A stretch of 24,000 nucleotides of DNA from Nanobdellota archaeon (GTDB lineage: Archaea; Nanobdellota; Nanobdellia; Pacearchaeales; GW2011-AR1). The stretch lies in assembly GCA_024654565.1 (NCBI GenBank), contig JANLHM010000005.1:223647-247646 (forward strand), in the 5' to 3' direction. A program made the position numbers and the translations under genes. The notes below the pieces were generated by a model that did not search any database, had not been told where the DNA came from, and worked only from the letters and a program-made list of their open reading frames with translations. This document shows, one piece after another, positions 1-8,203 of this stretch (the stretch's first letter is position 1; the number at the start of each line of letters is the position of its first letter).

Positions 1-3000
1 ATAAAAAGCGATATAATTAGTAAAGTGGGGGATGGAGAGAAAATAAATTCTGAATTCAATTTCCTTTTTAATGGACTTTCTGTTGATGCCACTGACGCTG
101 AAGCTAAGGAAATTGAAAAAATCAGGGGAGTAAAAAAGGCATGGCCGAATATGAAAGTTGAAGCAATGTTAATGGATTCTGTTCCTTTGATTCAGGGAGG
201 AATTCCTGCGGGAAATTTGGATCTTAACGGAAATAACTGCTTGGTTTCTGGACTGACTTGTCTTACAGGAGAGGGAGTAAAAATTGCAATAATTGATACG
301 GGTGTTGATTACACTCATCAAGATTTAGGGGGTTGTTTTGGTCAAGGGTGTAAGGTTATTGGGGGTTATGATTTTGTGAATAATGATGCTGATCCAATGG
401 ATGACATGGGTCATGGAACACATGTTGCTGCTACTGCTACTGGAAGTGGTGTTTTGAATGGTGTTGCTCCGGGTGCAAATATCTTAGCTTACAAAGTTTT
501 GGACAGTGACGGTTCTGGTTATGAAAGCGATATAATTGAAGGGATTGAGAGGGCAATTAGCGATGGTGCAGATATTATTAGTATGAGTTTGGGAGGTTAT
601 TTATGGTATCAAAATAATGAGTGGGGGCAATGTTACAATGAGGCTGGTTCATATGCTGTGGACAATGCTGTGGATTTTGGTATTAATGTAGTTGTTGCTG
701 CAGGAAACTCAGGATTTGGAGGCTCGAGTGGGTTCATGCCGGGATACAAGACAATTAATTTTCCTGGCTGTGCTAAAAAAGTTATTACTGTGGGTGCTTC
801 AACTAAAGAAGATGGAATGGCTTATTTTAGTTCTAAAGGTCCTATTAATGATTTTAGAATAAAACCGGACATTGTTGCACCCGGTTATTACATTTGTGCT
901 GCACAGCATGATGGTTGGCTAAATGATTCTCCTTGCTTAGATAGTGAACACATAAATATCTCAGGAACTTCAATGGCAACACCACATGTTGCTGGGGCCA
1001 TTGCTTTGTTAAAACAAAAAAATTCAGGTTGGACTCCTGATGAAATTAAGATGGCCCTGAAAAATACTGCTATCGATTTAGGAGAAGACATTTTCACGCA
1101 GGGATATGGAAGGATTGATATACAAAATTTAATTCGATCCCCTGAACTCCCAGTTGCAAGTCTTAATATTTCTGGAGTGTTAAGTGGGGTAGCAAATATA
1201 AAAGGAGAAATTTCTTCAAATAATTTTCAAAAGTATCGTTTAGAATATAGTGAGGGAATTGATTCAAACGAATGGAATTTATTCTTTGAGGCTCAATCAA
1301 TTCCGGCAAATGGAATTTTATACCGGTTAAATACGAATCATTTGGATGACGGTCCTTACATGATTAAATTAACAGTTATAAATGAAAATGGTGTTGTGGG
1401 TTTTGACAAATCTTTTATAATAATTTCAAATAATCCAAATGAAAAAATTAACTTAAATTGTTCTTCTTGTGGGGAATGTACTTTAAACTCATTGGTTTCT
1501 AATTCTTTAATAGTGGCTAATGAAGATCTGGAAATCTTATCTGAAGACACCCAAGTTTGTTTCACTTCTTTGAGTGACGATGTTTTATTTGATTGCAACA
1601 ATCATAAAATAATTACTAATCAAACTCCGAATTATTATGAAGGCCCTTTTGGAGCGTTAATAACGAGGGGAAAAAATGTTTCTATTCAAAATTGTTTTAT
1701 TGATGAGGGTCCTATCTTACACAATGGTGCGGGAATAACCATATTCGAAAGTTTAAATGGGAAAATCAAAAATAACACCATTGGTGATTCTTTTCATGGA
1801 ATTGAATTATTTAGGTCCATAAATTTTGAAGTTACTGAAAATAGAATAAGAGACCCTCTGGGGGATGGATCAATTTCAGTTTATGCAATATGCAAGGAGT
1901 ATTATAATCATTCAATTATAAATAACACTGTTCAAGGTTTCCCCTTTTATTATTTTTTTAATAAATCTAATGAAGAGATTGCGTTAAATTTAGTTGGCAC
2001 AGTTTCACTTGCATGGAATTCCAATTTGACCATAAAAAATAGCGTAATTAAAGGGGGGATAAACTTACAAAATAATTATAATACTAAAATTTTAAGAAAT
2101 ATGGTTGAAACTTATGAAAATGGATGGAATGGAATAATTCTGGGTAGAGAGTCTGGAGGATCATTTAATTATTATTGGTATCCTGAATGCGATAATAGGC
2201 TCAAGAATGAAAATATTTCAATTTTAAATAATACTTTGATTAATCAAGGGATAAAGATAGTTGAATATCATTCTGGAGATTCATTTGATGGAAGTCTTAT
2301 CAAAATTCAGGGAAATTCAATTTTAAATGCTAAAAATGGAATTGGGGTGTATACTCGTGCTAGTTCTGTTGTCACAACTGAGAATGATATAATCTCAGAA
2401 AATGCTATGTATAATGGCATGGATTTTTTTAATCTAAAAAATATAAAAGTAAATGTAAGCAATAATACTATTGTGGGATATAATGCTGGACTCAATGCTT
2501 ATGAAAGTGATAATATCTATTTTGTCAGTAATAAAATAAAAAATACTGTATGGCCAATTCATTATTATAATTCTAATAATACTAGTATTTTTGTAATGAG
2601 TCAAAATTCAATTCCAAATACATTTGGGAATTATAAAATTGCTATCTTTTCCGAATTTCCTCTTGAAATTTCTGATAAATATCAAGGAAATTACTGGGGA
2701 AGAACATCTGCTCCTTATTTCTGTGAGTATGGAAATCAAAATGCTAGTTGTATTGATAACTGGGATTCAAATAGACTAGATGCTATTGACTCTTGTCCTT
2801 ATGATCAGCCATATCTTCCTGGAGAATGGCCGGCATCTCCGGTTTGTCCAGATGGTACGGGGTCAAAAATCATAAACAACCAAAACGTATCAATAAATGG
2901 ACAACTTTCTATTTCTATTCAAAAAAAGGTTGGGTTGAATTGGACTTTTTATGAAAATGTTGTGAAGAATGAAAGTGTTGAACTTCCTCCTCGAGGGTTT

Positions 3001-3198
3001 TTTGATGTTCGTGGAGTATTTAATTCTCAAAATGTTTCAATAAATCAATCGGGAACTTACAGAGTTTATGGAGTTTTTGAGTATCGTTCCCTGAATTCAA
3101 ATGAGAATTTAGAGGGAATTATTCCTGCGCCAAAGACTGTTATTGCTTTTGAAGAATTCAATGTTGGATTTCAACAACCTATTTTCACTGATGAATAA
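1..3198 (+). CDS. Subtilisin-like (peptidase S8) serine protease, 5'-partial; I9-type propeptide, S8 catalytic domain and long C-terminal parallel beta-helix repeat region
   Basis: The frame of tracked ORF 25..3198 (GTG start) stays open back to nt 1, so the N-terminus lies off-window. Catalytic motifs: IAIIDTGVD (Asp), HGTHVAATA (His), AAGNSG (oxyanion Asn), GTSMATPHVAG (Ser). An I9-like propeptide (FNGLSVDATDAEAKEIEKIRGVKKAWPN) precedes them. About 600 aa downstream carry iterated Asn/Gly/Ile-rich repeats (NNTIGDSFHGIELF, NSILNAKNGIGVY, NNTIVGYNAGLNAY) typical of right-handed beta-helix (NosD/PbH1-like) repeats. Confidence 0.85.
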   Translation: MKSDIISKVGDGEKINSEFNFLFNGLSVDATDAEAKEIEKIRGVKKAWPNMKVEAMLMDSVPLIQGGIPAGNLDLNGNNCLVSGLTCLTGEGVKIAIIDTGVDYTHQDLGGCFGQGCKVIGGYDFVNNDADPMDDMGHGTHVAATATGSGVLNGVAPGANILAYKVLDSDGSGYESDIIEGIERAISDGADIISMSLGGYLWYQNNEWGQCYNEAGSYAVDNAVDFGINVVVAAGNSGFGGSSGFMPGYKTINFPGCAKKVITVGASTKEDGMAYFSSKGPINDFRIKPDIVAPGYYICAAQHDGWLNDSPCLDSEHINISGTSMATPHVAGAIALLKQKNSGWTPDEIKMALKNTAIDLGEDIFTQGYGRIDIQNLIRSPELPVASLNISGVLSGVANIKGEISSNNFQKYRLEYSEGIDSNEWNLFFEAQSIPANGILYRLNTNHLDDGPYMIKLTVINENGVVGFDKSFIIISNNPNEKINLNCSSCGECTLNSLVSNSLIVANEDLEILSEDTQVCFTSLSDDVLFDCNNHKIITNQTPNYYEGPFGALITRGKNVSIQNCFIDEGPILHNGAGITIFESLNGKIKNNTIGDSFHGIELFRSINFEVTENRIRDPLGDGSISVYAICKEYYNHSIINNTVQGFPFYYFFNKSNEEIALNLVGTVSLAWNSNLTIKNSVIKGGINLQNNYNTKILRNMVETYENGWNGIILGRESGGSFNYYWYPECDNRLKNENISILNNTLINQGIKIVEYHSGDSFDGSLIKIQGNSILNAKNGIGVYTRASSVVTTENDIISENAMYNGMDFFNLKNIKVNVSNNTIVGYNAGLNAYESDNIYFVSNKIKNTVWPIHYYNSNNTSIFVMSQNSIPNTFGNYKIAIFSEFPLEISDKYQGNYWGRTSAPYFCEYGNQNASCIDNWDSNRLDAIDSCPYDQPYLPGEWPASPVCPDGTGSKIINNQNVSINGQLSISIQKKVGLNWTFYENVVKNESVELPPRGFFDVRGVFNSQNVSINQSGTYRVYGVFEYRSLNSNENLEGIIPAPKTVIAFEEFNVGFQQPIFTDE

Positions 3199-3201
3199 CT
3201 T

Positions 3202-3846
3202 TTAAGGGAATCTTTTTGGGAGCCAGGTATTTTTTTCATTAATTTTAGGAGCTTCTTTATTTTCTTTTTGAGATATTTCTTCTTTTTTTATTTCAGTTTT
3301 CATATTTATTATTTTTTCTTTTGTTCTTTCAAGTTCTTCAGGGGTTGATTTTTTTCTTTGTGAGTCAAGACTTTCATTTGTATAGACAGGGAGGACATTA
3401 ATTGCCTCATGCCCCATTATATTTGAATAAACAGTTTCTATTGTTTTTGGGTTAAACGCCCCTTCAATCTTTTCTTTTACTTCATCTGCAAGTTTTTTGA
3501 CTTCATCTGTAATTTTTTCTTTCGAAGTAATATGACTTTTTGGAATAATGAGAGTATGTCCTTCTGAAGCAGGATTGATGTCAAGTATCGCTATTGCTTC
3601 ATTATTTTCTCCTATTTTTGTTGAAGGGATGTCCCCAAACACAATTGAGCAGAAAATACATTGGTTTTTTTCAGAAGACCCTTCTTTTACTAATCCCTGC
3701 TCTTTTAAGAATTCAATAAATTCCTTGTCATCCATCTCATTTATGTTTTTAATGAGTTCTTCAGACTTTTCTTTATCATAGTTTTTTAAAATGTGTTCAA
3801 TTAATTTTGACTTTATATTTTCAAGATCTTCTTTTGTTTGTTCCAT
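3202..3846 (-). CDS. HIT-superfamily protein with degenerate histidine triad, flanked by Lys/Glu-rich N- and C-terminal extensions
   Basis: The core CIFCSIVFGDIPSTKIGENNEAIAILDINPASEGHTLIIPKSH matches the Hint/HIT N-terminal half (CxxC, DI.P...GH.L.IPK.H). At the HxHxHxx position the sequence is HEAINVLP, which retains only the first His. Confidence 0.7.
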   Translation of the reverse strand: MEQTKEDLENIKSKLIEHILKNYDKEKSEELIKNINEMDDKEFIEFLKEQGLVKEGSSEKNQCIFCSIVFGDIPSTKIGENNEAIAILDINPASEGHTLIIPKSHITSKEKITDEVKKLADEVKEKIEGAFNPKTIETVYSNIMGHEAINVLPVYTNESLDSQRKKSTPEELERTKEKIINMKTEIKKEEISQKENKEAPKINEKNTWLPKRFP

Positions 3847-3878
3847 TTTTTAAAAAAGTTGGAAGGTTATATAAGTAT

Positions 3879-4151
3879 TTATGCAATTTTTCTCATGTCC
3901 ATTAATTGTGCGGAAGCAACTTCTTCAATCTTTTCAAATTCCTTCTCAAGTCCCTCAGTATTCTTGTCATCTGGATAGAAGAAAAAAACTACTAACGCTT
4001 TAAGTCCAAATGCAATTGGTTCAATAGAATACTCTTTATTTGTTCCTCCAAAGGATTCAACAATCTTTTTAGCTTCAACTTCAAGTTTTTCCATATCGAC
4101 TTCAGGAGAAGTTGGCATTAATTTATATTTTGCACCGTTTATTCCAGCCAT
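3879..4151 (-). CDS. ef1b: Archaeal translation elongation factor aEF-1 beta
   Basis: The 90-aa protein MAGINGAKYKLMPTSPEVDMEKLE...EPIAFGLKALVV...EVASAQLMDMRKI has the length and motifs of archaeal EF-1beta (MP.SPE.D, IAFGLKAL). Confidence 0.85.
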   Translation of the reverse strand: MAGINGAKYKLMPTSPEVDMEKLEVEAKKIVESFGGTNKEYSIEPIAFGLKALVVFFFYPDDKNTEGLEKEFEKIEEVASAQLMDMRKIA

Positions 4152-4310
4152 ATTTTAAAATAATTAAGGGGGTTTATAAAAGTTTCCCGGTTTAGACAAT
4201 TTCTCTAAACGTTATTTTGAAATTTACAAAATACTTAAAAAGAGAAGTAGTTTTTTTATAATATGAAAATAAAGTTTTTTTTGGTTTTAAGGGGGGAGGA
4301 ATTTTTGTAA

Positions 4311-5234
4311 ATGGACGGCAATTATGAAAAAATACTTTCAAAGTTATCGAATCTTTCTGGTGTAGAAGAGGGTGAAATAAACAGGCGTGTTGAAGCAAAG
4401 CGCTCTAAACTGTCAGGTCTTATCAGTAGGGAAGGGGCTTTACAAGTTATTGCAGCGGAGCTCGGGATTTCTTTTGAAAACGAAAAACTAAAAATTGAAG
4501 AACTCCTTCAAGGTATGAGAAAAGTTCACTTTACTGGGAAAGTTCTTTCAATTTCTCCCATAAGAACATTCACCACAAAAACTGGCGAAGAGGGAAAAGT
4601 GGTAAACATTGTTGTTGCAGATGAAACTTCAAATGTAAAACTCGTTTTATGGGATACTAATCACATAAAATTGATTGAAGATGGAGAAGTTGAAGAAGGA
4701 GTTTCAATTGAAGTTAAATCAGGGAATATGAGACAAGGAGAGGTTCATTTAGGAAGTTTTTCAGAGTTTAAGGTAAGCACTGAACTTTTTCCAGAAGTTA
4801 AAACAGAAAAGCCAATAAAAACAAAAGAGATAAGTGAATTTAATGTGGGCGAAAGGGTTAATGCAAGGGCGTATGTAGTCCAGGCATTCGTTCCTCGGTT
4901 TTTCAATGCAAATCTGGAGACAGGTAGAAAAGTAACTGACGAAGAAATTGCTTCAGGAGTACTTTTTGAAAAAAGGTCAGTTTTTAATATTGTAATTGAT
5001 GACGGAACAGAAAACACTCGAGCAGTTTTATTCCATGAAAATGTGAAAAAGTTAGGAATTACTGCTTATGAAGACGAGGTACTCCTCACAAAACAAAAAG
5101 ACGAACTCCTTGGAAAAGAATTTTTCTTTGAAGGAAATGTCCGAATGAATTCTTTTTCAAACACTCCAGAATTAATTGTTGACAAGGTTGCTGAAATTAA
5201 CCTTGGAAAGCTTATTGAGGAACTTGAGAGATAA
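4311..5234 (+). CDS. rpa: RPA-like single-stranded DNA-binding protein (two OB folds)
   Basis: The N-terminal helical domain ends in GLISREGALQVIAAELGI. OB fold 1 is GKVLSISPIRTFTTKTGEEGKVVNIVVADETSNVKLVLWD. OB fold 2 is VNARAYVVQAF...FNIVIDDGTENTRAVLF. A GGAGG Shine-Dalgarno-like sequence lies about 10 nt upstream. Confidence 0.7.
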   Translation: MDGNYEKILSKLSNLSGVEEGEINRRVEAKRSKLSGLISREGALQVIAAELGISFENEKLKIEELLQGMRKVHFTGKVLSISPIRTFTTKTGEEGKVVNIVVADETSNVKLVLWDTNHIKLIEDGEVEEGVSIEVKSGNMRQGEVHLGSFSEFKVSTELFPEVKTEKPIKTKEISEFNVGERVNARAYVVQAFVPRFFNANLETGRKVTDEEIASGVLFEKRSVFNIVIDDGTENTRAVLFHENVKKLGITAYEDEVLLTKQKDELLGKEFFFEGNVRMNSFSNTPELIVDKVAEINLGKLIEELER

Positions 5235-5264
5235 ATATTTAAATATTTTTTTTCTTAAGTTGAT

Positions 5265-8135
5265 ATGAATTTAAAAAGAGAGGTGTTTCTTCTTTTGATT
5301 ATTTTGATTATCCCTCTTAGTTATGCAGGGTCTCTTTCGCCGGACTACAATTCTTTATTAGAAAAGCATATTGCCGAAAAATCAACCTATGATTTAATCT
5401 ATGGGAAAGGTGAAGTTTATCGCGTTAAGAATGTAACACTTTCTTTTATGGAGGACAAAACTTCTTTATTTTTATATAAAAATGAATTTATTTATGAGGG
5501 GGGAATTCCCGCTGTTTACACAAATGAACATGAATTTGGGGTGGAAATAGGAGTTTATGGAAAAACCGCAATTTCAGTTGAAAAAATAAAAGTTGTTCCT
5601 TTAACTTCTGAAACTTCTTACAGCTTTTCTTCTTTTAAGGGAGAACTTGATTTTTTGGAAGTTCTTTCAGGGGAAGTACAAGTTTTTTCTAATGGAAAAG
5701 ATCTTTTTAAATTGTCAAAAGAAAAATTAAAAATAAATAAAGAAAATTTTAAACTGTTTAAGTTTTCTGATGTGAAACTTGCTGTTTATGAGGGAGAGAG
5801 TTATGTCGGCATTGGAAACTCTCCTGGACTGTTTTTTATTGATGAAATGGATAAATTGTCCGAATTCTATGACGGAGGAACCTCTTTTTTAATAGACCAA
5901 CTGAATGCGGGGTATTTTTTAAAAAAAGGTGAATATAGTTCTGCAGTTAAAAATTATGAGGCAATAATAAAAAAGTATCCAAAAGAAAATTTGAGAGAAG
6001 TTTTAATTAAAAATTCTGAATCAAAAATAAAAAAGGAATTTTTTGAATCTGAAAAGTTAACTTCTGAAGGAAAATATTCCGAAGCCGTACAAAAATATAA
6101 ATCTCTTTTAATTTTGGCAAATGATCCTGAAATAAAATCTTTAGCAAACTTTTACATCGGATACAATTATATTTTAGATGAAGACCTTAACCAGGCTTTA
6201 ATTCACTTTAATAAGGTAGACAAAGAAAGCAGTGTTTTTTTGTCTTTTAACAGCATCCTTGACGAAGAATATTATCGCCTTATTAAAGAAGAAGGAGAAA
6301 GAATTGAAAAGATTTGTAATTTACTAAAGGACCGGAGAAGTAGCGTTGGTTTTTTAACCTCGATAAAAAACATTTGGGACAATTTGTTTGATCAGGAATT
6401 TTCAAAGCAAATTAAAAGGTTTGAAGACCAGCAGTGTTATGGAAGAGTAAAAGGACTAGAGCTTCTTTCAGAGAGAGTAGAAAGTTATGGCACTTTTGAG
6501 GAAGCGGTATTGAGTTTGCCTGAAGAGGGCTACCTCAAATCTTTTACAAAATCAAATCCCCTTGTTTTTTCTCTTTTGAAAATTGAAGAACTTGGGGGTT
6601 CTTTGACTGAAGAAGACATTTTCAAAATAAATGAAGAAGTGGCAAAGAAGTACGAACTTCAGGGGGATTATGAAGGGGCATATAAAGTTTATTCTCAAAT
6701 AGTTGAAGATTATAAAAGGGTGGAAACTTCATATGGATCATATTACTTTCTTCCCGACGGAAGTTTTTCTCTTTACCAATATATTGGAGATGAGGTTTAT
6801 TCAAAAGAGAATATTCCTGCTCCTTATGGGGTTACTGACATAAAATCTTTAGAGAAAGACCCCCTTTACAAATTGTTTTTACAAAAATCTGAGGAGAGAA
6901 TAAGACTTTCAAAAATAGATGGAGTAAATCCTTACTACTCTTATTACTCTTCTGCAAATCTTGGACTTTTAAAATCTGGAATAAAAGACTTTGGGAAGGA
7001 GGCGTTTAATTTTATTAATGACGAACTTGTAAGTGTGAAAGGAATCGCTGAACAGTTTCTTTTTATAAAAGTTCTTTCTGGAGGAAAACTTGGTTACAAT
7101 TCTTTTAAGAGGTTTTCACAGGACACCGGGGGAATGATAGTTGAATCAAGAACTGGTTTTGCAAAAGTTGGGGAGGCAGAACTTTTAGCGAATAAAAACT
7201 TTGGCGTTTCCCCTCCTGCGGGGATCTTTTCAAGTTCCTCTGATTTTTCAAAATCATGGGGTGATTTTAAAATTGGAGACTATGTTAAAATTAAGCGTTC
7301 AAATCCTGGGGATAATGATGTGGGGAAAATTGTTTCTTTCTCTGACGATTCTAAGGGTTTTAGGCAATTTAGAATACAAGTTTCTGATAACCAGGGAATT
7401 CCTGTGGGCCATAAAATGTTTTCAGAAAGGTCTTTAGTAGAGTTAAATAAATTTGTTGGAAAAATAACCTCGACAAGAGCTTCTTTTTCTTTTGAAAAAC
7501 TTAGAAAAAGACATGAATTTTCTTTTTCAAATTTTTTCAATTCGTTGATGAAAAAAAAGTCTTTAGTTACGGAGTATCAATATAGTTATGGGAATCGAAA
7601 GTTTGTTTTTGTTGAGGACAAAATAAATGACCAGGTTTACGCAGATTTGTTACGAGAATTTGATGAAATTTACCTCTCCAAAGGACACTCTGTAAAAACA
7701 ATTGATGCTTTTGCAAGAGGTATCTCAAAAAGAATGGGGGGATCAGACGATGCAGCAACTGATTGTTGGGAGCATTGGAGTAGTATCATTGGAAAACAAG
7801 AAAAAACATTAACTTATATATATTTTGGAGAGTTACTTGAGGGGGGAATAGGAGTTTGTAGACACAGGTCTGTGATTTTTGATGCAGTCTTAAAGAATTA
7901 TGGTTTTGAATCAAGATGGGTTGGAGGGTATATCTCTCGCGGAGATTCTGTGGGTCATGCATGGGTGGAAATTAAAATTGGAAATAAGTGGTTTGTAGTC
8001 GAACCTGCAGAGCGTATTTATCACTTAGATAAGAGGTTTTATCCAGATAGTTATATTTCTGGAGAAGGTCTATGGGAGCACAAAATCCTTTCAAAATATC
8101 TCCTGTCTTTAATTTTTGGAAAGTTTCTAAAATAA
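5265..8135 (+). CDS. Large secreted/anchored protein with TPR-like repeats and a C-terminal transglutaminase-like cysteine protease core
   Basis: N-terminal signal/anchor MNLKREVFLLLIILIIPLSYAGS. TPR-like helices include GEYSSAVKNYEAIIKKYP, GKYSEAVQKYKSLLILAN and GDYEGAYKVYSQIVEDY. The C-terminal core GVCRHRSVIFDAVLKNYGFESRWVGGY...GHAWVEIKIGNKWFVVEP fits the Cys/His/acidic transglutaminase-like pattern. Confidence 0.7.
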   Translation: MNLKREVFLLLIILIIPLSYAGSLSPDYNSLLEKHIAEKSTYDLIYGKGEVYRVKNVTLSFMEDKTSLFLYKNEFIYEGGIPAVYTNEHEFGVEIGVYGKTAISVEKIKVVPLTSETSYSFSSFKGELDFLEVLSGEVQVFSNGKDLFKLSKEKLKINKENFKLFKFSDVKLAVYEGESYVGIGNSPGLFFIDEMDKLSEFYDGGTSFLIDQLNAGYFLKKGEYSSAVKNYEAIIKKYPKENLREVLIKNSESKIKKEFFESEKLTSEGKYSEAVQKYKSLLILANDPEIKSLANFYIGYNYILDEDLNQALIHFNKVDKESSVFLSFNSILDEEYYRLIKEEGERIEKICNLLKDRRSSVGFLTSIKNIWDNLFDQEFSKQIKRFEDQQCYGRVKGLELLSERVESYGTFEEAVLSLPEEGYLKSFTKSNPLVFSLLKIEELGGSLTEEDIFKINEEVAKKYELQGDYEGAYKVYSQIVEDYKRVETSYGSYYFLPDGSFSLYQYIGDEVYSKENIPAPYGVTDIKSLEKDPLYKLFLQKSEERIRLSKIDGVNPYYSYYSSANLGLLKSGIKDFGKEAFNFINDELVSVKGIAEQFLFIKVLSGGKLGYNSFKRFSQDTGGMIVESRTGFAKVGEAELLANKNFGVSPPAGIFSSSSDFSKSWGDFKIGDYVKIKRSNPGDNDVGKIVSFSDDSKGFRQFRIQVSDNQGIPVGHKMFSERSLVELNKFVGKITSTRASFSFEKLRKRHEFSFSNFFNSLMKKKSLVTEYQYSYGNRKFVFVEDKINDQVYADLLREFDEIYLSKGHSVKTIDAFARGISKRMGGSDDAATDCWEHWSSIIGKQEKTLTYIYFGELLEGGIGVCRHRSVIFDAVLKNYGFESRWVGGYISRGDSVGHAWVEIKIGNKWFVVEPAERIYHLDKRFYPDSYISGEGLWEHKILSKYLLSLIFGKFLK

Positions 8136-8173
8136 AAGTTTGTTTTAGGAACTATATTCTAAATTGTTATAAA

Positions 8174-8186
8174 GCTTATAAATAAA
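8174..8186 (+). promoter_or_regulatory. TATA-like box for radA
   Basis: GCTTATAAATAAA is centred about 24 nt upstream of ATG 8204. No SD-like sequence lies between, consistent with a leaderless mRNA. Confidence 0.4.
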
Positions 8187-8203
8187 ACTCTTTTCTCTTT
8201 TTT

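Noticed and set aside
4192-4398. Minus-strand 68-aa ORF spanning the aEF-1beta/rpa intergenic region
   Set aside because: It overlaps the rpa start and the divergent promoter region. The sequence is low-complexity and I see no start context.
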